A stretch of 14,612 bases of DNA from the NCBI GenBank assembly GCA_964548955.1, contig CAZJTP010000110.1, positions 1 through 14,612 on the forward strand, in the 5' to 3' direction. A model generated the notes under the pieces. It ran no database searches. It was not told the DNA's origin and saw only the letters and a list, made by a program, of their open reading frames with translations. Positions 1 through 6,938 of the stretch are shown piece after piece (positions within the stretch are counted from its first letter, which is position 1; every line of letters begins with the position of its first letter). Position numbers and translations under genes: made by a program. The DNA comes from an uncultured Phycisphaeraceae bacterium (GTDB lineage Bacteria; Planctomycetota; Phycisphaerae; UBA1845).

Positions 1-765
1 CATCACCGTGCAACCATTTGCGGAGACGAGGAATCCCGCCGGCGTATCGGGGCACTGATCACACTTGTCGCCCACGCCATCCCCGTCGGCATCAGACACG
101 GTCCAAGTGTAAGCTGAACCGGACCGGTCACCGAAGTCATCATCACCATAGGCACCGATGACGGCGATGTCGTTCGACAATCCAACGGACGAGCCAAACC
201 AATCCTCCTCGGCACCGTCAGGGGCAAGCAGCTTGGCTTCCTGCGGCCAGACTTCAGGTGAGAGCTGATCGTACCGGAAAACATACGCAGCTCCGGCCGA
301 TCCACCGTTTTCATCCTCGCCGTAGGCTCCAACCAGGGCGGTCGTGCCCGAGATGGCCACAGCGTAACCGAACACGTTGGCTGGCTCGCCGTCCATCGCT
401 TGGAGTTTGGCCTGCTCCACCCACAGAAAACCCTCAGGAATGAACAGTTGACGCCGAAACACATAGGCAGAGCCAGTATTCCCGGCTTCGCCGCATGCAC
501 CAATCAGCACGGTTAACCCGGAGATGCTGACCGCCTGGCCAAAGTGGTCGTTGTCCGAGCCTGGGGGCGGTAGTAGTTTGGCCTCCCATGTCCAGGGATC
601 CTCACCCCCCTCTTCGTATCTGAGCACGTAGGCCGCACCGGCATTGGTGCCATGATCGTCGTCACCCGGTGCCCCTATCAACACGGCCGTTCCTGAAATG
701 GCAACAGACTGACCGAAACGGTCATCGACATCGAGGCCACTGGCCGCGAATCTGCCCACCGTCAC
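1..765 (-). CDS. FG-GAP (integrin-alpha-like) repeat protein with a thrombospondin-type-3-like Ca-binding motif. The 3' end runs off the window; the 5' end looks truncated.
   Basis: Absent from the ORF track because it is open at the window edge. The minus frame with codons at 3k+1..3k+3 has no stop from 825 down to 1 (in-frame TGA at 826-828). It encodes four ~60-aa repeats: FGQSVAISGTAVLIGAPGDDDHGTNAGAAYVLRY, FGQAVSISGLTVLIGACGEAGNTGSAYVFRR, FGYAVAISGTTALVGAYGEDENGGSAGAAYVFRY, FGSSVGLSNDIAVIGAYGDDDFGDRSGSAYTWT. These are followed by DADGDGVGDKCDQCPDT (43-93). The only start candidates upstream of the first repeat are GTG at 763-765 and 757-759 (the sole in-frame ATG, 394-396, lies inside repeat 3), and there is no signal peptide. 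Track ORF 3..503(-) is a different, implausible frame. Confidence 0.65.
   Translation of the reverse strand, partial: MTVGRFAASGLDVDDRFGQSVAISGTAVLIGAPGDDDHGTNAGAAYVLRYEEGGEDPWTWEAKLLPPPGSDNDHFGQAVSISGLTVLIGACGEAGNTGSAYVFRRQLFIPEGFLWVEQAKLQAMDGEPANVFGYAVAISGTTALVGAYGEDENGGSAGAAYVFRYDQLSPEVWPQEAKLLAPDGAEEDWFGSSVGLSNDIAVIGAYGDDDFGDRSGSAYTWTVSDADGDGVGDKCDQCPDTPAGFLVSANGCTVM
100..717 (-). repeat. Four tandem FG-GAP coding repeats (~180 nt period)
   Basis: The recurring peptide pattern FG.(S/A)V(A/S)ISG...(L/V)(I/V)GA.G(D/E)...G(S/A)AY(V)(F/L)R appears four times in the minus-strand frame. Confidence 0.6.
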
Positions 766-886
766 CCAATCTCCTGCAAAACGGCAGTGACTCTGGGCGG
801 CCGGGTCTGAGCTTCGACACGCGGATCAGCGATAGCCGGTTGCAGATCGTGCCTCTGTCGCCTGTTTCCTAACGATAAGTGCCCAC

Positions 887-1258
887 TCAGGCCGCGTTTG
901 ACGACTGCCCGAGCGGTCTGAGGGTACCTACACCCCTCGGTTTACGCTTGACCAAGTTGGCGGGGTTTCCAAGGCCGGCGCGCTTGGGATTCGTGCCGAT
1001 CCGGTACACAAACGTAGGGCAGCTCTTAATGGGGCACTCGCGGACTTCTTTCGGGCTGAAGGCGGAGCAGTCGAGACATCGAGCCCGTATCGCCTTGAGT
1101 GGTGTCATATCTGGTCGCTGATCCTTCGGCTTCCGACCGAATCTGTACGGATATAGTGGGCAGTCCTTGCAAGGGCACAATCGAACCTCGTGTGCTTGTC
1201 CAAGACAGCAATCGAGGCACTTCAGCCGGACCGCTCGGAGTGGCGTAATGTCGCTCAT
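887..1258 (-). CDS. Small tandem-duplicated Cys4 zinc-ribbon protein (123 aa)
   Basis: The ATG at 1258 overlaps the TGA of the upstream ORF (ATGA). The protein is two ~42-aa copies: ITPLRAVRLKCLDCCLGQAHEVRLCPCKDCPLYPYRFGRKPK and MTPLKAIRARCLDCSAFSPKEVRECPIKSCPTFVYRIGTNPK. Each copy has CxxC ... CP..(.)CP. The track start at 1321 only adds a Gly/Arg-rich leader, which I discard. Confidence 0.7.
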   Translation of the reverse strand: MSDITPLRAVRLKCLDCCLGQAHEVRLCPCKDCPLYPYRFGRKPKDQRPDMTPLKAIRARCLDCSAFSPKEVRECPIKSCPTFVYRIGTNPKRAGLGNPANLVKRKPRGVGTLRPLGQSSNAA

Positions 1259-1467
1259 GGCCGCACCCCCTTGACCATCGCCACGATGCCCGCCCGGACG
1301 GCCTCCGGCAGCTTGGGCCAAACCTTCACCACCGCCGCAAGATCGGGGTCGTGAACGGCCGTCGGTGCAGCGTGTACGCCGGATTCTGCGCCGCCTGGTT
1401 CAGAAACCGTTGTTTTCTCCGGGTAATATTGAGGGGGTTCGAGTCCCATCGTCTCCAGTTTACGCAA
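1255..1467 (-). CDS. Small hypothetical protein ending in the motif DPDLAAVVKVWPKLPEAVRAGIVAMVKG
   Basis: The start is TTG at 1467, or an internal ATG at 1449. Its stop overlaps the start of the zinc-ribbon gene. Its 5' end is antisense to a tRNA-like T-arm (MGLEP is encoded by ATGGGACTCGAACCC). A related C-terminal motif recurs in ORF 14068..14334(-). Confidence 0.45.
   Translation of the reverse strand: MRKLETMGLEPPQYYPEKTTVSEPGGAESGVHAAPTAVHDPDLAAVVKVWPKLPEAVRAGIVAMVKGVRP
1433..1457 (+). other. Orphan tRNA/tmRNA 3'-end fragment (T-loop, 3' T-stem, acceptor strand CGTCTCC, discriminator A)
   Basis: The sequence is GGGGGTTCGAGTCCCATCGTCTCCA. An acceptor 3' strand of the form ...CTCC-A fits tRNA-Ala or tmRNA (5' GGGGxxx with G3:U70). 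The upstream bases do not complete the T-stem, and there are no D or anticodon arms, so this is a fragment and not a gene. Confidence 0.5.
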
Positions 1468-1532
1468 GTCACGCCGAACATAGATGTTACATGTACCCGC
1501 CGCGTCGGGCGGTGCGGCCTGGAAAACCCGGT

Positions 1533-1552
1533 AAAACGGTACATACCGTTTT
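1533..1552. promoter_or_regulatory. 20-bp palindrome AAAACGGTA-CA-TACCGTTTT immediately upstream of the integrase remnant
   Basis: Perfect 9-bp inverted arms with a 2-nt spacer, followed by AGGAG (1553-1557) and the TTG at 1571. A related TACATGTA palindrome lies at 1488-1495. The 2-nt spacer argues for a protein-binding site over an RNA hairpin. Confidence 0.3.
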
Positions 1553-1570
1553 AGGAGATCGCACGATTCC

Positions 1571-2043
1571 TTGAACCATCAAACCGCCGTCCTACCGGAA
1601 GCACATCAACGATCAAATCGTATTCGATTTCATGTAGCGGTTTCGGGTCCTTGGAAGAAACGCTTGCCTCGAAGAATCCGCGCGGGCTTCAGGTCCGCAG
1701 CTCGGTACACAGAAACGGGAAATGCTCTAAAGCCCGACCTGGAGGCGTATCTGTTCTCCCCCCGCAGACGCTGCGGCAGAGTGGATCTTTCATCGTGATG
1801 GAAACCGACATCGTGGGGCGATGGAAGCGGATATGTAACGCCGCTGGTGTGGATGGTGTGACTATCCACGACCTGCGACGCACATGCGCAACACGCCTGC
1901 TTGACGCTGGTGTTTCCGTCAAAACGGTGCAAGGCCTGATGGGGCATCGGACCGCATCGACTACGTTGAGAAATGACGCTGGCGTAAGCGACCAACAGAA
2001 ACGGAATGCTGTAGCGAAGCTGAGGCGTATCGAGACTGCATGA
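1571..2043 (+). pseudogene. Tyrosine recombinase (phage integrase family) C-terminal remnant, probably inactive
   Basis: The frame of 1651..2043 reads ...GVTIHDLRRTCATRLLDAGVSVKTVQGLMGHRTASTTLRNDAGVSDQQKRNAVAKL. This is the HxLRxT ... LGH box II region, but RNDAG replaces the expected R-Y-x-H catalytic Tyr segment. The preceding integrase-like piece (TGNALKPDLEAYLFSP) lies in another frame (1571..1798). The N-terminal core-binding domain is absent, leaving only ~150 codons in total. Confidence 0.6.
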
Positions 2044-2088
2044 TTCCTGCCACAGTTTTGCCACCAATGGGCATATGTCCGATAAAAC

Positions 2089-2172
2089 TAGGCGAGGCGG
2101 GATTCGAACCCGCACGGGGTATTACCCCAGGGGATTTTAAGTCCCCAGCGTCTGCCATTCCGCCACTCGCCC
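2089..2172 (-). tRNA. tRNA-Leu (anticodon UAA), type II with long variable arm, no encoded CCA
   Basis: Minus-strand read: GGGCGAG TG GCG GAATGGCAGA CGC T GGGGA CTTAAAA TCCCC TGGGGTAATACCCCGT GCGGG TTCGAAT CCCGC CTCGCCT A. It has a 7-bp acceptor stem (G1:U72 wobble), a 5-bp anticodon stem, loop CUUAAAA with anticodon UAA, a 16-nt variable arm and a canonical T-arm. The architecture parallels E. coli tRNA-Leu(UAA) as I recall it. Confidence 0.9.
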
Positions 2173-2541
2173 GGCCTTGTTTCGCAACAACTCACAGACT
2201 CCCGTCCCCTGGGTGATCGTCAAGTAACTGGATCGCCAGCGGGGCTCGGTTCGGCGCGTCCAGGTAGCACGGTGTTCGGCGGCCGCGTGCATGGTACCCG
2301 ATCGGCGGACGTTTTCCACGGCCGACGAAGGCCCCCAAGCCCAGACGACATGCCTCCACGGAACCCGTCCGCTGATGCGGAGGATCAAGGGTCGTGGGTC
2401 ATGCGGCCTTGTCGCCTTCTCCCTCGTACCGGTACGATGGCTCCGCGGACAGGTTCGGTACGAAGCCGCCGGAGCCGGTGTCCAGCGCGGCCCGGCGTTT
2501 TCCTTTGGCTCGATCGGGTGGGGCCGCCGCCGAGCACGACC

Positions 2542-4671
2542 ATGGTGAGTAACACGGCATCTCTTGAAGACGAACACGTCGCGGATCGGACGCGCCGGCC
2601 ATGGCGGCGTTGGGCGGAGCTGATAGCCGCGGCGGCGGCGATCGTCTGCTTCGCCAACGTGTTGCCCAACGACTTCTGTTACGACGATGATCCGATCGTG
2701 CGTCTCAATCCGAAGGTCAACAATCCCGGCCAGTGGCTGGCGATCTGGGCAACCGATTACTGGTCCGAAACAAAGGAATCCTCAATCAACCGTGATCTTC
2801 TATACCGACCCGTAGCCCTTTCGTCTTACCGTCTGGTTCGTGTGGTCGGTGGTGTCGATCCCCGGCTGCACCACGTGGTCAACATGCTTTTGCACGCGCT
2901 GATTTGTGCGCTGGTCGTACGATTATGCCGAAACGTGGGTGGGTCGGAGGCGGCGGCGCTTATTGCGGGTGTGGTCTTTGCGGTGTTGCCGGTTCACACG
3001 GAGGTTGTTGCATCGGTCGTCGGCCGGGCGGATTTGCTGGCGACATTGGCTGTCTTGGTGACGCTGCAAGCTCATCGGCGGTCGATGCTGACGACGACGC
3101 AATCTCACGTGTTGTGGTGGCGCGTAGCCGCGGCGGCGGCGGCTTTTTGCGCGATGGGTTCCAAAGAGATCGGGATGAGTGTCGTGGTCCTGGCGGTGCT
3201 GTTTGACGGATTCTGGCATCATCGATTCCGCGAGACGAGCGGCGGCAGGGGTTGGTGGACGTGGCGCACACCGTTGAGGCTTGCATATCTTTGCATCCCC
3301 TTAGCTGTCTATCTGGCTCTTCGATATCAGGCGCTCGGAGGTCGTCTTTATCAGCAGCCTCCACTGACCAAGACCGTGAATGTGCTTGTGGACGCACCGT
3401 CGTGGCAGCACATACTCGGCGTTCTTCAATGCTGGGGGATGTACTGGGCGAAGACCGTCTGGCCCGCCGTGCTCAGCGTACAGTACACGATCAATGGAAT
3501 CCGCTTGGCGACAAGTCCGGTTGACCCACACGTGCTGATCGGCGCGGCGGCAGTGATCGGGCTCGCGGTCGCATCGGTCGTGGCCTGGCGAAGGGGCACA
3601 CGTAGTGTCGCCTTTCTGTCGGTGGCAATCGTGCTGAGTTACCTGCCGACGTCCAACGCGCTGGTGCTCATTCAAGTGTTCTTCGCCGAGCGCATCTGGT
3701 ATCTGCCTTCCGTGTGGCTGGCGATTCTTGCGGCGCTAGCGGCTACGCCGGTGCTGTCCGCCAAACATGGACGCGCCTGGTGGGTGATGTTTGTGGTGAG
3801 CGTGTTTGGCATGACCGGGCGCTGTTGGCTCCGAAACGCCGAGTGGCGGGACAATGGGACGCTCTACGCCGCCGCCTATCGGGATCAACGCGATGCCGTC
3901 GGCCCGTTGCATCTGTACGGTCAGTGGCTCGCAAGTCACAACGACTACGAACGCGGCGTCGAGCTGCTCGAACGTGCGATCGAGATTGATCTGGGTTTGA
4001 CCGATGCACACCGGGCGCTTGGTGACGCCCATCGTCGAGCGGGGAACTTCGAGGCGGCTGTGCGGCATTTGCAGATCGCCGATTATCAGGTTCCGGGTCA
4101 TCCGCTCACGGTGGCGCTTCTTTCGCAGGTCAGTCGTCAGCTTGCGGATGGTGACGATGAGCTGAAGCGCCTCCGGCGACGAATTGATGACGATCCCAGT
4201 GATGTCGATGCGGAAGTTGCGCTGGTGCGCAGACTGCGCGATCTGGGATTAGTCCGCGAAGCCCTCGCCCGGTTGGAGAAACGGGAGGGACAGTTTGCCG
4301 ATCACTTCGCCTGGCAGGCGGAGTACGCCGTGACGCTCGTGTACCGCAACAATCGTGATCGAGCGATCGAGCGGTACAGAAAGTGTCTCGATCTTGCTCC
4401 CGACGATGCCCAGCTTGGGGTCGAGCTGGCCATGCTTCTCCTGGAGCGCCGCAGCGGTGATGATCTTGACGAGGCGTGGCGATGGGCGGCGCACGCGTTT
4501 GCGCTGGCGCCCGGCGCGCCGTCCGTCCTTGCCTGCCGTGCGGAGCTGCTCGCATTGCGTGGTGATCTATCGGCGGCTGTTGAGCTCTATGAGAAGGCCA
4601 TCCAGGTTTTGCCGCCCGGCAGTGAGCGGCGCCGCATTTTTGAGCAGCGGGCCAAGGCGCTGGGGCGATGA
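2542..4671 (+). CDS. Polytopic membrane protein with C-terminal TPR repeats, TMTC/PMT_2 (GT-C glycosyltransferase)-like
   Basis: The start was moved to the ATG at 2542 ([12 protein letters not shown]...[36 protein letters not shown]). The FxYDD...N motif after TM1 is typical of TMTC/DUF1736-type proteins. Many hydrophobic segments follow, up to about residue 430 of the 709-aa product, and then TPR-like helices ([43 protein letters not shown]...). Confidence 0.6.
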   Translation: MVSNTASLEDEHVADRTRRPWRRWAELIAAAAAIVCFANVLPNDFCYDDDPIVRLNPKVNNPGQWLAIWATDYWSETKESSINRDLLYRPVALSSYRLVRVVGGVDPRLHHVVNMLLHALICALVVRLCRNVGGSEAAALIAGVVFAVLPVHTEVVASVVGRADLLATLAVLVTLQAHRRSMLTTTQSHVLWWRVAAAAAAFCAMGSKEIGMSVVVLAVLFDGFWHHRFRETSGGRGWWTWRTPLRLAYLCIPLAVYLALRYQALGGRLYQQPPLTKTVNVLVDAPSWQHILGVLQCWGMYWAKTVWPAVLSVQYTINGIRLATSPVDPHVLIGAAAVIGLAVASVVAWRRGTRSVAFLSVAIVLSYLPTSNALVLIQVFFAERIWYLPSVWLAILAALAATPVLSAKHGRAWWVMFVVSVFGMTGRCWLRNAEWRDNGTLYAAAYRDQRDAVGPLHLYGQWLASHNDYERGVELLERAIEIDLGLTDAHRALGDAHRRAGNFEAAVRHLQIADYQVPGHPLTVALLSQVSRQLADGDDELKRLRRRIDDDPSDVDAEVALVRRLRDLGLVREALARLEKREGQFADHFAWQAEYAVTLVYRNNRDRAIERYRKCLDLAPDDAQLGVELAMLLLERRSGDDLDEAWRWAAHAFALAPGAPSVLACRAELLALRGDLSAAVELYEKAIQVLPPGSERRRIFEQRAKALGR

Positions 4672-5684
4672 TGCATGAAGCAGAACCTCTGGTAAAAGTG
4701 CGCGATCTTCGGACGTACTTTCGGGTCCGCCGCCGCGGGTTCGGTGGGGACGTCGGGTATGTTCGCGCGGTCGATGGTGTGAGCTTTGATATTCAGCGTG
4801 GGACGACGTTGGGCCTGGTGGGTGAGAGCGGGTGCGGCAAGACGACGCTCGGCCGAACGGTGTTGAGGCTCGTCGACGCAACCGCGGGGCGTGTCCGGTT
4901 CGACGGCGTTGACGTTCTTGCGGCGCCGCGGGCCGCACTTCGCCTGCTTCGCCGCGATATGCAGATTGTCTTTCAGGACGCCTCGGGCAGTCTCGACCCG
5001 CGCATGACCGTGGGGCGGATCGTTGCCGAGCCGCTGACGCTGTACGGCGTTGCCGGTGGACGGAAACGGTGCGATCGCGTCGCGGAACTGCTGGAGCGGG
5101 TCGAGCTTCATCCGGCCGACGCGGATCGATATCCGCACGAACTTTCAGGCGGACAGAGACAACGAGTTGGCATCGCCCGCGCGATCGCGCTGAATCCGAA
5201 GTTTGTCGTCTGTGACGAGCCGGTCAGCGCGCTGGACGTGTCGATTCAGTCCCAGATTGTGAACCTGCTCGATGATCTCAAGCGAGAGCTGGGTCTGACA
5301 TATCTGTTCATCGCCCACAATCTGGCTGTTGTCGAGCACGTCAGCGACCGCGTGGCAGTCATGTACCTCGGCAGGATCGTCGAAATCGCCGACGCGCTCG
5401 AGCTGTACGACCACCCGCAACATCCCTACACGATTGCCCTGCTCGCCGCAGTGCCGGACCCCAATCCCGACCGGCGGCGCGATCGCAGCTCGCTTCCGGG
5501 TGACGTGCCCAGCCCGACTGATCCTCCCACCGGGTGCGCCTTTCATCCGCGATGCCGCCGCGCCGACAACGAGTGCCGCCATATGACACCGGTTCTTCAG
5601 AGGCGTCCGGGCCTGTCGTCCGGGCATCTTGTTTCATGCCATCATCTTGGCAGGGTATCCCCGTCCGGTCCCGTCTTGCGGTGA
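4668..5684 (+). CDS. ABC transporter ATP-binding protein, oligopeptide/dipeptide OppF/DppF type
   Basis: Walker [10 protein letters not shown], signature [14 protein letters not shown], Walker [14 protein letters not shown]-loop FIAHNL. The Opp C-terminal extension is present: [17 protein letters not shown]...[11 protein letters not shown]. The ATG overlaps the previous stop (ATGA at 4668-4671). Confidence 0.9.
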   Translation: MMHEAEPLVKVRDLRTYFRVRRRGFGGDVGYVRAVDGVSFDIQRGTTLGLVGESGCGKTTLGRTVLRLVDATAGRVRFDGVDVLAAPRAALRLLRRDMQIVFQDASGSLDPRMTVGRIVAEPLTLYGVAGGRKRCDRVAELLERVELHPADADRYPHELSGGQRQRVGIARAIALNPKFVVCDEPVSALDVSIQSQIVNLLDDLKRELGLTYLFIAHNLAVVEHVSDRVAVMYLGRIVEIADALELYDHPQHPYTIALLAAVPDPNPDRRRDRSSLPGDVPSPTDPPTGCAFHPRCRRADNECRHMTPVLQRRPGLSSGHLVSCHHLGRVSPSGPVLR

Positions 5685-5732
5685 TCGTCCGCGCGGCCCC
5701 GGCAGGTCGCCTCTTTCAGGTGTGATGGTTTT

Positions 5733-6521
5733 TCAGTGTCTCGGCGACGGGTTGGAGTGATCAGCGCGCTGGAGACTGATCAGCAGTTCCGTCAGGGCCT
5801 GTGGGTGTCGGCCGACGCGCCCGCCAAAAATGGGTTGGACGGTCTCCGGCACGTCCAGGCCCGCATCGGCCAGCACCGGCGCCACGGCCGACTCCCAGTG
5901 CCGACAAAGCTCGTCCTCCGGCAGGCAAATGCCAGCCTGGGCGAGCGGAACGTCCGCTTCGGTCGGCTCGAACAGACCCAGCGCGTGCGGATACATAAAG
6001 TGCAAGACAGCCTGCAACTTCCCGCGGTTTTCCTCCATCGAGCGGCAAAGTCCAAGCACCCACCGGCGACTATGCGTCAGATGACCGCGTTCCTGCTGCT
6101 GCAGCTCCATTGCGAGCCTGGCGAGTGGCGTCAGCGTGCCGTCACAAAGCGCGGTAAGCCGAACCATCTTGGCTGTGTCGTAAAGGAACTGGCGTAGAAT
6201 GCTGAACACCCAGTCCTGATTGTTCGGCAGGCACACCAGCGACGCGCAGCGAAACTGACGCGAGCTTCGCGTAAGGATCAGCGTATCGCAGTCGGGCTCG
6301 CCTAACTGGTGGAGCATCTCATAGTACGCCCGCGCGTGGTCAATCTCATCCCGGGCCATTGACGAAAACGCGGCGTACTCATCCGGGATCGAGGTCGAGG
6401 CGGCCCACTCCGAATTGCGATGACCTATGATCAGCTCATCATCGGCCAGGCGATAGAGCAGATGGACGACGGCCTCGCACATCGCGCCCGTTAAGGATTC
6501 CAGTGAATCATAGGTTGCCAT
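5733..6521 (-). CDS. PaaA/PaaC-family (phenylacetate-CoA oxygenase subunit-like) ferritin-fold protein, 262 aa
   Basis: MATYDSLE...LYRLADDELIIGHRNSEWAAS...MARDEIDHARAYYEML...QQQERGHLTHSRRW matches the PaaA_PaaC pattern (LADDEL.LGHR.SEW; two ExxH motifs). The start is set at the ATG at 6521, which is preceded by AAGGTG 7 nt upstream. The 61-aa track extension is Arg/Cys-rich and implausible. Confidence 0.7.
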   Translation of the reverse strand: MATYDSLESLTGAMCEAVVHLLYRLADDELIIGHRNSEWAASTSIPDEYAAFSSMARDEIDHARAYYEMLHQLGEPDCDTLILTRSSRQFRCASLVCLPNNQDWVFSILRQFLYDTAKMVRLTALCDGTLTPLARLAMELQQQERGHLTHSRRWVLGLCRSMEENRGKLQAVLHFMYPHALGLFEPTEADVPLAQAGICLPEDELCRHWESAVAPVLADAGLDVPETVQPIFGGRVGRHPQALTELLISLQRADHSNPSPRH

Positions 6522-6938
6522 AACATCACACCTTGCTGGTCGAAGATATGACGCACACCGGCTGTGTGGTATCCCCGCCGCCACGGCGGCATCCCACGCA
6601 TCGCCGACGGTTCCTTCGGGCGTTGCAGCATGGCTTCCGTCGCGGCATCGTCCCTTTGCATGTGGCCGGCGCTTGCTTTTACAAAGACGATAATGACCCG
6701 TCACGATGTCGTCAAGCAGGGGTGTTCCCGGTGGCGCCGTGTGAATCCATCACCGCCGCCACACATACTCTCTCGACAACGACTGGTGAAGCTGCGATAC
6801 TAAAAACCGTCTGATGGAACTTGTGGGACCGACTTTTCCCAGTTGGTCAAGATACAGACTTAAGAGCCTGTCCCACATGAGTTTCGTGAGGTACGCAAGG
6901 AGGTTTCGTCCGGGAGCGCCGGCCGATGTGACCGTCCC

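Larger units (their letters stand above)
826..2088. mobile_element. Decayed integrative-element remnant abutting the 3' end of tRNA-Leu
   Basis: An integrase remnant sits directly beside the tRNA 3' end. It is accompanied by two small start/stop-overlapped ORFs of phage/ICE style, a foreign tRNA 3'-end fragment and a palindrome. The left boundary is a guess, set at the apparent truncation point of the FG-GAP gene. I found no direct repeat of the tRNA-Leu 3' end. Confidence 0.35.

Noticed and set aside
3-503. Track ORF (-) of 166 aa at the left edge
   Set aside because: It is shifted one base from the stop-free frame that encodes clean FG-GAP repeats. Its own translation is Arg/Pro/Ser/Cys-rich, with no recognisable motif.
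800-900. Direct repeat of the tRNA-Leu 3' end (attR) at the presumed left edge of the element
   Set aside because: Only AGGCGA-level (6-nt) similarity was seen by eye (GCCTCTGTCGCCT region), which is not distinguishable from chance.
1021-1457. A full tmRNA ending at the CGTCTCCA fragment (5' GGGGCAC at 1031)
   Set aside because: GGGGCAC pairs only 4 of 7 positions with CGTCTCC. The interval is occupied by the well-supported Cys4 zinc-ribbon CDS on the other strand.
2272-2541. 90-codon N-terminal extension of the TPR membrane protein (GTG start at 2272)
   Set aside because: The extension is Arg/Pro/Ser-rich, typical of high-GC non-coding read-through. The ATG at 2542 gives a normal short cytoplasmic N-terminus before TM1.
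6522-6704. 61-codon extension of the PaaA/C-like ORF
   Set aside because: The extension is Arg/Cys/His-rich with no family similarity. The ATG at 6521 has an AAGGTG Shine-Dalgarno-like sequence 7 nt upstream and starts where family similarity begins.
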